Source: a virus. Taken from it: a stretch of DNA of 64,000 nucleotides. The stretch spans positions 33,778 to 97,777 of IMG/VR virus record IMGVR_UViG_3300020160_000328; one strand, written 5' to 3'. The notes under the pieces are model-generated. The model did not search any database. It worked only from the letters and a program-made list of their open reading frames with translations, and had not been told where the DNA came from. Of the stretch, positions 46,389 to 56,593 are shown in pieces. A program made the position numbers and the translations under genes. Positions within the stretch are counted from its first letter, which is position 1. Every line of letters begins with the position of its first letter.

Positions 46389-47452
46389 GTGTACAAGAAT
46401 ATTATCAACATCCAAGTGTATCACAATCTGAATTAAAACTAATAGGACTAAATCCTAAACTATATCAACAAATCAAAGAACCAGATTTATACTTTGAAGA
46501 AAAGAAACATTTTGTAATTGGTTCAGCAGTAGATTGTTTATTAACTAGAGGAGCAAGAGCTTTTAATGAAGAGTATCATGTTTCTGATTTAGAAAATAAA
46601 CCAAGTGATACTGTAAAGTCAATTATAAATCAAGTCTTTGATATTGTAAAAGAAAGTTTATTTTCTTCAAATGATTCTATTGGAACAATACAAGATTATC
46701 CTGGTGTAATTCTAGATTGTTGCAATACTCATGATTATTATAATAATCTAAAAGATAACACTAGAATAGCTAAAGTATGTGAATCTTGGGAATATTGGGA
46801 AGACTTAAAGAAAGCTTTAGGTAAGACAGTATTATCTGTAGAAGAAAGTGCAGTTATCTATAACACTGTAATGTCATTACAAACTAATGAAGTTACTGGT
46901 TCTTATTTAAAAGAAACTTTAGGTGAAAGTAGATGGTATCAACTACCTTTATATTTTGAGTATAATGGTATAAACTGTAAAGCTTTATTAGATTTAGTTA
47001 TAGTTAATGAAAGAAATAAAACTATGCAGCCTGTTGATATCAAAACTATAGGAGATAGTTGTTTAAACTTTCCTAAATCTCTAAGACAAAGAAGATATGA
47101 TATACAAGCAGCTTTCTATACAGCAGGTTTACAAGTAGTATATCCTGAATATGAGATATTACCATTTAAGTTTATAGTAGAATCTACTACAGAGCCAGGT
47201 AATCCATTAGTATTTACTTGTAATAATAGATTACTACATATAGGTAAATATGGAAGACCTGAATTAATATTAGAAGGTAATAATACTTTAGAAGGATTTC
47301 ATGATTATAGTGTAGTGTCAGAGATTAAAGGATTTGAACAATTATTAGAACTATTTTCTTATTACAAAGAAAATGGTTTTGATACTGATAGATTAATTAA
47401 GGAGAATAAGTCTGAGTTAACTATTGACTGGTCAGGAATAATAACAGAGTAA
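46382..47452 (+). CDS. PD-(D/E)XK exonuclease (RecE/ExoVIII-like)
   Basis: SQSELK, GSAVD, KALLD, DIKT, YDIQAAFY. Confidence 0.8.
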   Translation: MVSVQEYYQHPSVSQSELKLIGLNPKLYQQIKEPDLYFEEKKHFVIGSAVDCLLTRGARAFNEEYHVSDLENKPSDTVKSIINQVFDIVKESLFSSNDSIGTIQDYPGVILDCCNTHDYYNNLKDNTRIAKVCESWEYWEDLKKALGKTVLSVEESAVIYNTVMSLQTNEVTGSYLKETLGESRWYQLPLYFEYNGINCKALLDLVIVNERNKTMQPVDIKTIGDSCLNFPKSLRQRRYDIQAAFYTAGLQVVYPEYEILPFKFIVESTTEPGNPLVFTCNNRLLHIGKYGRPELILEGNNTLEGFHDYSVVSEIKGFEQLLELFSYYKENGFDTDRLIKENKSELTIDWSGIITE

Positions 47453-47454
47453 CT

Positions 47455-48084
47455 ATGCAGATACAAAGTGGGAAGTTGTATGAAAATAGAACCTGGATTT
47501 ATCTTTATCCTTCTTTAAAATATTATGGTGATAATCTTATGAATCATTTATCTAGTTTTATTAAACTAGCAGTTGGTATTGGAGATTCTAATTTAAAAGT
47601 AGAAGGTAATTGTATATTTATATTAGTAGATACTTCTATTAAGTTATCTTCAGATTTAGATAGATTAAATTATCAAAGAAACTTTTCTAAGTTTTTAGAT
47701 TGGGTTAGATATCAATATTATTATGTAACAGATTATGTATATGATAATCTAGATAAGAGTGAGAAACATATGATTGTACTTAAAGTACCTTTACAATTAG
47801 ATTCAAGTTATGTACACTTTGTAAAAGGTGAATATAGTGAGATGTACAATAAAGAACAATTAAATAAATTGTTCAATGTAATGAATAATGTATCTAATAA
47901 TCCAAGTATAGCAAAAAGAAATGAAAGAGTTTCTTATGCTAGAAAGGTACTTACAAAGGATAAAAAATATTTACCTCTTTTTGTTGATAAAGTAAACAAA
48001 GATTTTGGTACTGATATAACTTTGTCAGACTATAAAGATGTAGAATTGGATTATCCAATAAATTTAGAAGAAGAAATATTTTAA
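47455..48084 (+). CDS. Hypothetical protein
   Basis: ORF track. Confidence 0.5.
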   Translation: MQIQSGKLYENRTWIYLYPSLKYYGDNLMNHLSSFIKLAVGIGDSNLKVEGNCIFILVDTSIKLSSDLDRLNYQRNFSKFLDWVRYQYYYVTDYVYDNLDKSEKHMIVLKVPLQLDSSYVHFVKGEYSEMYNKEQLNKLFNVMNNVSNNPSIAKRNERVSYARKVLTKDKKYLPLFVDKVNKDFGTDITLSDYKDVELDYPINLEEEIF

Positions 48085-48085
48085 T

Positions 48086-48898
48086 ATGGAAGAAAATAAA
48101 CACAAAGGAGAAAGATACAACCAGGGGAAATTAAGATTTGATTTAGTGCATCCATATGCACATGAACAAATGGTAAGAGTACTTACAAAAGGAGCTGAAA
48201 AATATGCTTCAAGGAATTGGGAGAGAGGTATGGCATGGTCTAATGTCATAGCTTCATTAAAAAGACACTTACAGGCTATAGAGTCTGGAGAAGATTTTGA
48301 TACAGAAACAGGAGAATTGCATGCAGCACATTTAGCTTGTAATTCTCATTTCTTAACTGCTTATTATAAGATATATCCTCAAGGGGATGATAGACCTCAT
48401 AACTACCTACATTCACCTAAGATAGGTTTGGATATAGATGGAGTTATAGGAGATTTTAATAAGCATTTATGTGATACTGTAGGTATAGATGTACACACTA
48501 TATCACATTGGAATGACCCTATTATAGGAAAACATTATCCTACTGTAAAGGATGATAAAAACTTTTGGTTAACAATGCCAACACTAGTTAATCCTTCAGA
48601 ACTACCATTTGAAGTGCATGCTTATATTACTTCTAGAAGTATAGATGATGCAGTTACTAAAGAATGGTTAGATAAAAATGGATTTCCTGTAGCAGATTTA
48701 TACTGTGTAGGTCATAATGAATCTAAAGTAGAAGTAGCATTAAAATCAGGTATAGATATATTTGTAGATGATAAGTTTGAGAATTTCAAAGAACTAAACA
48801 ATGCGGGTATATGTTGTTTCCTTATGGATGCACCACACAATCAACATTATAATGTAGGTTATAAAAGAATAAAACATTTAAAAGATTTAATAAATTAA
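48086..48898 (+). CDS. dATP/dGTP diphosphohydrolase (DUF5664-like) fused to a HAD 5'-nucleotidase-like domain
   Basis: GKLRFDL..GAEKY..RNWERG..D.ETG..H.AH; LDIDGV ... FVDD. Confidence 0.8.
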   Translation: MEENKHKGERYNQGKLRFDLVHPYAHEQMVRVLTKGAEKYASRNWERGMAWSNVIASLKRHLQAIESGEDFDTETGELHAAHLACNSHFLTAYYKIYPQGDDRPHNYLHSPKIGLDIDGVIGDFNKHLCDTVGIDVHTISHWNDPIIGKHYPTVKDDKNFWLTMPTLVNPSELPFEVHAYITSRSIDDAVTKEWLDKNGFPVADLYCVGHNESKVEVALKSGIDIFVDDKFENFKELNNAGICCFLMDAPHNQHYNVGYKRIKHLKDLIN

Positions 48899-48901
48899 GT
48901 T

Positions 48902-49201
48902 ATGTACGATATTACAAGTAAAAAAGAAGTAGTTCAAATTGTGGAAGACACAAAAAAAGTATCTTTATCTGAATATGTAGGTATAAAAGTAAAAGAACTA
49001 AGAGAAAGCAAAGGATTAAGAGTAGCTGATATTGAAAAAGCTATGTTAACAAATCCTAATATTAAAAATAGTGTATCACATACAACAATAACTAATATAG
49101 AGAAAGGAATTTCTTCTGCTGTTAGATTAGATGTGATAGAATCTATAGGTGTAGTATTAGGTGTTAGTATAGACTATTTTATTCCTAAAGTAATACAATA
49201 A
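48902..49201 (+). CDS. XRE-family HTH regulator
   Basis: VKELRESKGL...TITNIEKG...LGVSIDYF. Confidence 0.8.
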   Translation: MYDITSKKEVVQIVEDTKKVSLSEYVGIKVKELRESKGLRVADIEKAMLTNPNIKNSVSHTTITNIEKGISSAVRLDVIESIGVVLGVSIDYFIPKVIQ

Positions 49202-49206
49202 TTTTT

Positions 49207-51804
49207 ATGGGAAGTGAGTTATTAGATTACTTTAATGGAGATGAATTAGCTGCAAATGTGTGGCTAAGTAAATATGCACAAGAAGGAGAAAAAACTCCTG
49301 ATGATATGCACAGAAGGTTAGCAAAGGAATTTGCAAGAATTGAAGATAAGTATAAATTAGGTCCTTGTGCTGCTCACAGTATAGAGGATAAAATACTATC
49401 TAAATATGGTATTCAAAGAAAAGGTTTAACAGAAAAAAGTATATATGAATTATTTAAAGATTTTAAGTACATTGTACCTCAAGGCTCCATTATGGCTCAA
49501 TTGGGTTCCAGTAGTATCGGATCTCTCTCTAATTGTTTTGTGTTAGGTCAACCTGTTGATTCTTATGGAGGAATATTCCAGAAAGAACAACAAATGATTC
49601 AACTAATGAAAAGAAGAGGTGGTGTAGGTATAGATATATCTACATTAAGACCTGAAGGTACTGCAACTACTAATGCTGCTAAATCTAGTACAGGAGCTGT
49701 GTCATTTATGCACAGATTCTCTAATGGTACTAGAGAAGTAGCACAAAATGGTAGAAGAGGTGCATTAATGTTAAGTATTGATATAAATCATCCTGATGTA
49801 ATGCAATTCATTAAGATTAAAAGAGATTTAACACAGGTAACTGGAGCTAATATTTCAATTAAGCTTAATAATGAATTTATGGAAGCTGTAGAGAATGATG
49901 AAGATTATCTTTTAAAATTTCCTTGTAACTATAGTACTAGTGATTTACAATCTATTAATAAATTAGATAGTGTTCTTATACAAGGAGAATATAACAAACT
50001 TGAAAAACTAAAAGTTATAGAAGGTTGGGTATATGTAAAAAGAATCAAAGCTAGAGAATATTGGGATGAGATTATTAAGTCTGCACATAATGTAGCTGAA
50101 CCAGGACTTATGTTTTGGGATAATATGACAGGATATAGTCCTGATGGTGTATATCCTCAATTTAAACAAGTAACTACAAATCCTTGTGCTGAGATTGGTA
50201 TGCAACCTTATGATGCTTGTAGGTTAATAGCAGTTAATTTATATAGTTTTGTACATAAACCTTTTACAAAGGATGCAACATTTGATTTTGGTAAGTTCTA
50301 TGCTTATAACTATGAAGCAATGAGATTATCTGATGATTTAATTGATTTAGAATTAGAACATATAGATAGAATACTTACTAAAATAGAGAATGACCCTGAA
50401 GAAGATGATGTCAAAATGGCAGAATATGACTTATGGCATAAAATTAGAAGTACAGCTAAAGCAAGTAGAAGAACAGGTTTAGGATTAACTGCATTAGGAG
50501 ATACTCTTGCTGCACTAGGGTTAAAATATGACTCAGAAGAAGGTTTATATTTTATAGAAGCTTTGATGAAAACAAAGATGGAATCTGAATTAGATTGTAC
50601 TATTGATTTAGCAATCTTAAGAGGACCATTTGAGGGATGGGATAATACATTAGAATATCCTACATCAAACAATGGAAATGCAGGGTATAATGGAAATGAT
50701 TTCTATAGTTTTATAAGAAATAGTTTTCCTGAACAGTATAATAGAATGTATCAATATGGTAGAAGAAATGTATCTTGGAGTACAGTTGCTCCAACAGGAA
50801 CAGTAAGTTTACTTACACAAACTACATCAGGATTAGAACCTTTATTCATGCCATTTTATATGAGAAGAAAAAAGGTAAATCCTAATGATAAAGATGTTAG
50901 AGTAGATTTTACAGACCAAAATGGAGATACTTGGCAAGAGTTTCCTGTTATACATCCTAAATTTCAAGAGTGGATTAAACTATGGTGGAATGATGTAGCT
51001 TGTGGTGCAAAAACATTACAAGACTTAACTAAAGATGATTTAGAAAAAGCTTTTAAATTTTCACCTTGGTATGGAAGTACAGCTAATGATATTAACTGGG
51101 TTAAAAGAGTAGAAATACAAGGTGTTATACAAAAATATATTACTCATAGTATTTCCTCTACTATTAACTTACCTGAGAATGTTACAGAAGCAGAAGTATC
51201 TCAAATATACTTAGAGTCTTGGAAAAAAGGTCTTAAAGGTATTACAGTTTATAGAGATGGTTCTAGAAGTGGTGTATTAGTATCTGAATCTAACAAGGAT
51301 AGAAACTCATTTGATTATGTAGATTCTGTTAAAAGACCTAAAGAATTAGAAGCAGAAGTACATTTAACTAAAGTAGGAGGTCAACCTGTAAATGTATTTA
51401 TTGGTTTATTAAACAATAAACCATATGAAATATTTATAGATACTACAAGTATGGCTAATCAGAAAGGTACTATTGTAAAGAAATCTAAAGGTAATTATAC
51501 TTTTAAATCAGATAATACCACAGCTCATATTATAAGTGATATGAATGATGAACAAGCAGCTATTACAAGATTAACTTCAACTGCACTAAGACATGGGGCA
51601 GATATTAAGTTTATTGTAGAGCAGTTAAATAAATGTGATGGTGATTTATTCTCATTCACTAAAGCTTTAGCTAGAGTTCTTAAGAAGTATATTCCAGATG
51701 GAGAGAAATCTACTGTAAAATGTAATGATTGTGGTTCTGATAATGTAATATTTGAAGAAGGTTGCAGTTCCTGCAAAGATTGTGGAAGCTCTAAGTGTGG
51801 GTGA
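49207..51804 (+). CDS. nrdJ: Class II (B12-dependent) ribonucleotide reductase
   Basis: SLSNCF, TNPCAE, VAPTGT, YRDGSR, C-terminal Zn ribbon and SKC. Confidence 0.9.
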   Translation: MGSELLDYFNGDELAANVWLSKYAQEGEKTPDDMHRRLAKEFARIEDKYKLGPCAAHSIEDKILSKYGIQRKGLTEKSIYELFKDFKYIVPQGSIMAQLGSSSIGSLSNCFVLGQPVDSYGGIFQKEQQMIQLMKRRGGVGIDISTLRPEGTATTNAAKSSTGAVSFMHRFSNGTREVAQNGRRGALMLSIDINHPDVMQFIKIKRDLTQVTGANISIKLNNEFMEAVENDEDYLLKFPCNYSTSDLQSINKLDSVLIQGEYNKLEKLKVIEGWVYVKRIKAREYWDEIIKSAHNVAEPGLMFWDNMTGYSPDGVYPQFKQVTTNPCAEIGMQPYDACRLIAVNLYSFVHKPFTKDATFDFGKFYAYNYEAMRLSDDLIDLELEHIDRILTKIENDPEEDDVKMAEYDLWHKIRSTAKASRRTGLGLTALGDTLAALGLKYDSEEGLYFIEALMKTKMESELDCTIDLAILRGPFEGWDNTLEYPTSNNGNAGYNGNDFYSFIRNSFPEQYNRMYQYGRRNVSWSTVAPTGTVSLLTQTTSGLEPLFMPFYMRRKKVNPNDKDVRVDFTDQNGDTWQEFPVIHPKFQEWIKLWWNDVACGAKTLQDLTKDDLEKAFKFSPWYGSTANDINWVKRVEIQGVIQKYITHSISSTINLPENVTEAEVSQIYLESWKKGLKGITVYRDGSRSGVLVSESNKDRNSFDYVDSVKRPKELEAEVHLTKVGGQPVNVFIGLLNNKPYEIFIDTTSMANQKGTIVKKSKGNYTFKSDNTTAHIISDMNDEQAAITRLTSTALRHGADIKFIVEQLNKCDGDLFSFTKALARVLKKYIPDGEKSTVKCNDCGSDNVIFEEGCSSCKDCGSSKCG

Positions 51805-51810
51805 TAATTA

Positions 51811-51842
51811 TTTTGTTTATTAAAATAAAAATGTTATATTTG
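51811..51842 (+). promoter_or_regulatory. Bacteroidota promoter TTTG ... TATATTTG
   Basis: Both -33 and -7 elements upstream of the endonuclease gene. Confidence 0.7.
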
Positions 51843-51866
51843 TATGTTTAATTTAAACACGCAATT

Positions 51867-52391
51867 ATGACAAAGATATTAAAATATGTACCTATAATAG
51901 GACAAACTTACAGAGATTGGACAGTAATATCTGACCAAATTTATAAAAAAGATTCTAACAGGGCAACTTATTGGAAAGTAAGATGTAAATGTGGAACTGA
52001 AGGTTTAAGAAATGCAGCACATTTAGTCAATGAGAAAGTAACATCTTGTAAAAGTTGTGCTGCTCTTAAACTTCCTTTTGAACAATCCTATTTAAGAAAA
52101 ATAGAAGAAAGAGCTATTAAAAAAGGTTTTGAATTTAACTTAACCTTGGAGTACTTAATGTCTATATTTAATGAAAAATGTGCTTTAAGTGGTTTAGAAA
52201 TTCAATTTGGTAAACATTGGAAAATAATGTCAGACCAAACAGCTTCTCTTGATAGGATAGATAATACAAAAGGTTATATTATAGGTAATGTACAATGGGT
52301 ACATAAACAAGTAAATTTTATGAAAGGAACAATGGAACAAAAAGAATTTATTAAATTTTGTAGACTAATAAGTTCAAGTAAATGTGGATAA
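51867..52391 (+). mobile_element. Free-standing HNH-like homing endonuclease gene
   Basis: CKCG/SCKSC N-terminus, CALSG, SLDRIDNTKGYIIGNVQWVH..VN.MK. Confidence 0.8.
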
Positions 52392-52800
52392 AATGAAGGA
52401 TTGGATATTTGAACAAAGTGTTAGGGAAGAAATAGAAAAGAAACAATTAAAATTATTTACAATGGATGTAAAGGAATATCAAGAAGTTATTAAGAAAACA
52501 GCAGTGTTTCCTAAAGAAATAGGATTAACATATTGTACAATGGGTTTATGTGGTGAAGCTGGTGAAGTAGCTGAAAAGATGAAAAAGCTTTTCAGAGACA
52601 AAGGTGGTGTAGTTACAGAAGAATTTAAGTATGATATCAAAAAAGAACTAGGTGATGTTGTGTGGTATGTTACTGCATTAGCAAATGAGTTAGGTTTAAC
52701 TTTAGAAGAAATTCTAGAAGCTAACTATGAAAAGCTAATGAAGAGAAGAGCTACAAATACATTACATGGTAATGGAGATAATAGAGAAGAGGGTATTTAG
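52384..52800 (+). CDS. MazG-like nucleotide pyrophosphohydrolase
   Basis: GLCGEAGEVAEK..K, KELGDV.WY, N..KL..R. Confidence 0.88.
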   Translation: MDKMKDWIFEQSVREEIEKKQLKLFTMDVKEYQEVIKKTAVFPKEIGLTYCTMGLCGEAGEVAEKMKKLFRDKGGVVTEEFKYDIKKELGDVVWYVTALANELGLTLEEILEANYEKLMKRRATNTLHGNGDNREEGI

Positions 52801-52833
52801 CCCTCTTCTTTTCTAACTAAAATAATAATTAAT

Positions 52834-53526
52834 ATGCCACATAAAAAACTAGATTTAGAACTACTTCCTTATAGAGAATCTTTTTCTAAAGGTAAAGACC
52901 CAGGAGGTTGGGGAAGAGGTTATGGTAAAGGAGTATATAAAAGAATAGGAGATTATTTTCCTTATACAATAGTAAGTAGAGTATTAAAAGAATTTATAGG
53001 TAAACCTGTAGATGATGCTTTTTCTAAATATTGTAAAATTGTACCTGTATATCAACAACAATTCTTTTGGGATGAAATAAAACCTAAAAGACCTAGATGG
53101 AGAAATATTGTATACTATTTCATAGATGAAAATGGGCTTATTCAAAAGAATAATAAAGAAGTAGCTAAGACTATTTACAAAATACCTTCTTTTGATATAG
53201 AGTATGGTTATATTAATTATGAAACAGGTGACACTAAAACTAGAAGAGAACATAATTCTTATATACATTCTAGATACTCTTGGGGTATTATCAAAGGTAA
53301 GCTTTATGAATTTGAACATAAAAACTATTTATACTATAAATGTTTCTATGAACAACAATTTAAAAAGAGAAAACTAATAAAACAAAAAGCAAAAGAACAA
53401 AGAGAAAAACAATACTCATTTTTAACTAAATCAGAACTAGAAATTATTAATAATAGAAAAGATGATATTATTAATAGAGATAGACATGGTTTTGATGATA
53501 TGAGTTTTAAAAATAGAGCAACATGA
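52834..53526 (+). CDS. Basic hypothetical protein
   Basis: ORF track. Confidence 0.5.
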   Translation: MPHKKLDLELLPYRESFSKGKDPGGWGRGYGKGVYKRIGDYFPYTIVSRVLKEFIGKPVDDAFSKYCKIVPVYQQQFFWDEIKPKRPRWRNIVYYFIDENGLIQKNNKEVAKTIYKIPSFDIEYGYINYETGDTKTRREHNSYIHSRYSWGIIKGKLYEFEHKNYLYYKCFYEQQFKKRKLIKQKAKEQREKQYSFLTKSELEIINNRKDDIINRDRHGFDDMSFKNRAT

Positions 53527-53765
53527 CAAGAGAAGCATATATACAATATAGAATCTCTAATCAACTCATTCCTATAGTATATGAACTATACTATAAGGAG
53601 TGTTTACGAAGAGATAAACAACCAATTTCAATAGAAGTATTTGATCATGTATTTCCATTGTATCCATTAGCTAATAAAGTAGTAGATGAATCTATAAGAT
53701 ATTATGATAAGGTATTTGATATTAGGTATTTAGAATTTAAAGAAAAAATAATCAGAATATTATGA
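53523..53765 (+). CDS. Hypothetical protein
   Basis: Coupled ORF. Confidence 0.5.
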   Translation: MTREAYIQYRISNQLIPIVYELYYKECLRRDKQPISIEVFDHVFPLYPLANKVVDESIRYYDKVFDIRYLEFKEKIIRIL

Positions 53766-54388
53766 GTAACAACTATAAAAAAATATTTATAGGTATAGTA
53801 GTATTTATACTATGTGTAGGTTTATTACAGAAATGTAATAACAATAAATACAACCAATTAAAAGGTAAGTATGAGATACTTGAGGACCAGTACAAAAAAC
53901 AAAAAGATGGTGTAAAAGTATTTGAAGATTTTAGAATTAAAGAGAAAGACTCTTTAAATTTAGAAATTAAGAAGAGAGAAAAATCAAATAAAGATTTGTC
54001 ATATGATAATCAACAACTAGAATCTAGAATCAATGTAATTAAAAATAGACCACAAAAGATTTATAAAGATGTAACTCCTGAAATTAATGATAAATTAAAT
54101 GAAGGTGATAACTGTATTGAGATTATACCTTTAAAAGATAAACAAATTGAGAATCAAACTGTACAAATTTCTAATTTAGAAAAAGATAAGTCTGATATTA
54201 AGACACAATTAACTACAGCAGAGCAAGATATTCTTAAAAGAAAAGAATTAGAAAAGTCTGCTGAAGATAATATCAACAATTTAAAAAGTCAAGTTAATAA
54301 ATTAAAAACCAAAAGTACTTTAAATAAAATCTTAGTTCCAGTAGCATTTGGAGTTGGAGGATTTTTAGGGTATCAAATAGCTAAGTAA
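53762..54388 (+). CDS. Membrane-anchored coiled-coil protein (spanin-like architecture)
   Basis: N- and C-terminal hydrophobic segments flank a coiled coil. Confidence 0.5.
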   Translation: MSNNYKKIFIGIVVFILCVGLLQKCNNNKYNQLKGKYEILEDQYKKQKDGVKVFEDFRIKEKDSLNLEIKKREKSNKDLSYDNQQLESRINVIKNRPQKIYKDVTPEINDKLNEGDNCIEIIPLKDKQIENQTVQISNLEKDKSDIKTQLTTAEQDILKRKELEKSAEDNINNLKSQVNKLKTKSTLNKILVPVAFGVGGFLGYQIAK

Positions 54389-55593
54389 TGGAAGCAGTAA
54401 CAATAGTAACAATTAAGAATAAAATTCCTTTATATAAAGGAGAAGAAGCAGCAAATGCAATTGAGTTAATAGAACTTGAAGAAGTTGGATATGAGTTAGT
54501 AGCAGGAAAGTCTTTATATCAAATTGGGGATAAAGCTGTACTTATTCAACCTGATTATAATCTATCTGATATAGTTCTATTTGAATCATTTATTAGACCT
54601 ATTAATCCAAATACAGGATTACCTGATGAATCTATGTCAAAACTTGGTAAAACAGAAGGTTTACCAAGAAGAATTAGAGCTAAAAAGTTTAATCTTTCTA
54701 AAGTACCAAATGGAGATCCAGTTTATAGTAATGGTATTCTTTTACCTTATAATGAAGTTGTATCTTATATAGGTAGTGTTATATTAGAGAATGTAGATTT
54801 AACTTCAAAACTAGGTATTACTAAATATGAAGAGCCTGAATATACTTCTAAAGGAGGTATAAAAGTAGGTGGTACTTTGAAGTTTCCTAATGGTATTTAT
54901 AAAACTGATGAAGAGAATGTTAATAACCTTTGGAATCATTTAGAAAATAAAATAGGTTATCCTATAACTCTTGTTGGAACAGAAAAAGTAGATGGTTCAA
55001 GTATTACAATAGGAATTACTCCTGAAATACCAGAAGGATTCATTTGTTCAAGAAACATGAGAAAGAAGTTAACTATATCTAAATGGGTAGGTAATTATAG
55101 AAATCCTACTGTTTGGGAATGGATTAAATCTTTATTTGGTATTATACCTGATTTAAAGGAACTAGAAGAAGTTGTTAATGATGATGATTTTGTAAGATAT
55201 GGTTTACCATACTTAAGAGTAATGCAAGAGATGGGAATAACTAACCTTATTCTAAGAGGAGAACTTAATGGTGGTAAACTTAAAGGTTCAGGTAATAAGA
55301 ATAATCCAGCATCTAAACTATCAGCTAATATCAAATTCTTTGGTATGGATAGAATAAATGAAGTTGGACAATCTGAAAAACTTCCTTATGTGTTGTTAAA
55401 TAGAACTAATCAAAAAGTATGTTTTGATATGGTAAAAGAAGTGTTTAATAAAACATTCAATTCTAAAGAAGAAATATTACAAGAATGTAATCAATACTTT
55501 AAAGAAAATATGATTGAAGGTATTGTAATTAGAACTCTTGATAGTAAGTTTAGTGCAAAAGTAATGAATCTAGAATATGATTCTAAAAAATAA
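54388..55593 (+). CDS. RNA ligase, Rnl2/DRB0094-like
   Basis: N-terminal OB-like domain; motif I EKVDGSS, RGEL, EGIV, AKV. Confidence 0.85.
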   Translation: MEAVTIVTIKNKIPLYKGEEAANAIELIELEEVGYELVAGKSLYQIGDKAVLIQPDYNLSDIVLFESFIRPINPNTGLPDESMSKLGKTEGLPRRIRAKKFNLSKVPNGDPVYSNGILLPYNEVVSYIGSVILENVDLTSKLGITKYEEPEYTSKGGIKVGGTLKFPNGIYKTDEENVNNLWNHLENKIGYPITLVGTEKVDGSSITIGITPEIPEGFICSRNMRKKLTISKWVGNYRNPTVWEWIKSLFGIIPDLKELEEVVNDDDFVRYGLPYLRVMQEMGITNLILRGELNGGKLKGSGNKNNPASKLSANIKFFGMDRINEVGQSEKLPYVLLNRTNQKVCFDMVKEVFNKTFNSKEEILQECNQYFKENMIEGIVIRTLDSKFSAKVMNLEYDSKK

Positions 55594-55596
55594 ATT

Positions 55597-56418
55597 ATGA
55601 TATTAGATTTAAGAAAAGGTTTTGGAGATTTTCCTGAATACAAATTATTCAAATTTCCTGATAACTCAATTAAATTTGAGTTGAAAAGTAATGATATTGT
55701 TACTAGAGTTATTACAACACTTAGAACCAATGATGATATAATTACTTTAGCTTTTGTAAAAGATGTTATAGATCATTCACAGAAAGGTAATCCAATGTTG
55801 ATTATAACTTATATGATGTATCAACAAGATGATAGAAGATTTAAAGCAGAAGAAAGTTTTGGTCTTAAAATAATATCTAATTTTATTAATTCTATGAATT
55901 GGGAAATGGTAATGATTTATCATCCACATTCTGATAAAGTAGAGTTTATTAATAAATGTATTATAAGAAGCAATAGAGAGTTTTTAGAACATTCTATTGC
56001 TGATATTAAAGCTAGTCAAGGTGATGATACACCATTAACATGGGTTATACCAGATTCAGGTGCTTTTAAAACTCAATTTAAACAGATTGAGAAGCTAAAC
56101 TATCCTAACTTTATAACTTGTATGAAGTCAAGAGATCATGAAACAGGAGAGATTAAAACTATTGTAAACACAGAAGATTTACAAGGTAATGATTGTTTCA
56201 TAGTTGATGATATATGTTTAGGTGGTAGAACATTTAAAAATATAGCAGAAGAACTTAAAGCTAAAAACTGTGGTAAATTATATCTAATAGTTTCACATGG
56301 TATATTTAACTATGGAGTTGAAGATTTGTTACAAGTATTTGATACGATCTATACAACAGATAGTATTTGTACTATAGAACATGAAAGACTTAAAGTAAGA
56401 AAACTTGAAAGAATATAA
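55597..56418 (+). CDS. Ribose-phosphate pyrophosphokinase-like protein (Adps-like)
   Basis: FKFPD, QDDRR, HPHS, PDSGA, K.RD..TG, IVDDICLGGRTF, VSHGIF. Confidence 0.88.
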   Translation: MILDLRKGFGDFPEYKLFKFPDNSIKFELKSNDIVTRVITTLRTNDDIITLAFVKDVIDHSQKGNPMLIITYMMYQQDDRRFKAEESFGLKIISNFINSMNWEMVMIYHPHSDKVEFINKCIIRSNREFLEHSIADIKASQGDDTPLTWVIPDSGAFKTQFKQIEKLNYPNFITCMKSRDHETGEIKTIVNTEDLQGNDCFIVDDICLGGRTFKNIAEELKAKNCGKLYLIVSHGIFNYGVEDLLQVFDTIYTTDSICTIEHERLKVRKLERI

Positions 56419-56593
56419 TAAATTAATCAAAGAAATTCAAAAGAACAGTAAATTTAAAATAGTAAAGACTAGTGCTACTAAAGCTACTATAAAAGTAGTT
56501 CACATAGAGAGTGGTAGTCTTTACTCTGTTCACCCTGGAAATAATGCAGTATTTCCATTGCGTAAATGGATTTCAAAACAAGAACAATTATGA
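56405..56593 (+). CDS. Small basic protein, possibly HicA-like fold
   Basis: 62 aa, helix-strands-helix pattern; weak. Confidence 0.35.
   Translation: MKEYNKLIKEIQKNSKFKIVKTSATKATIKVVHIESGSLYSVHPGNNAVFPLRKWISKQEQL

Noticed and set aside
10721-51804. Introns or inteins in terL, polA or nrdJ
   Set aside because: Frames are continuous and I saw no intein splice or LAGLIDADG motifs; the insertions seen are short
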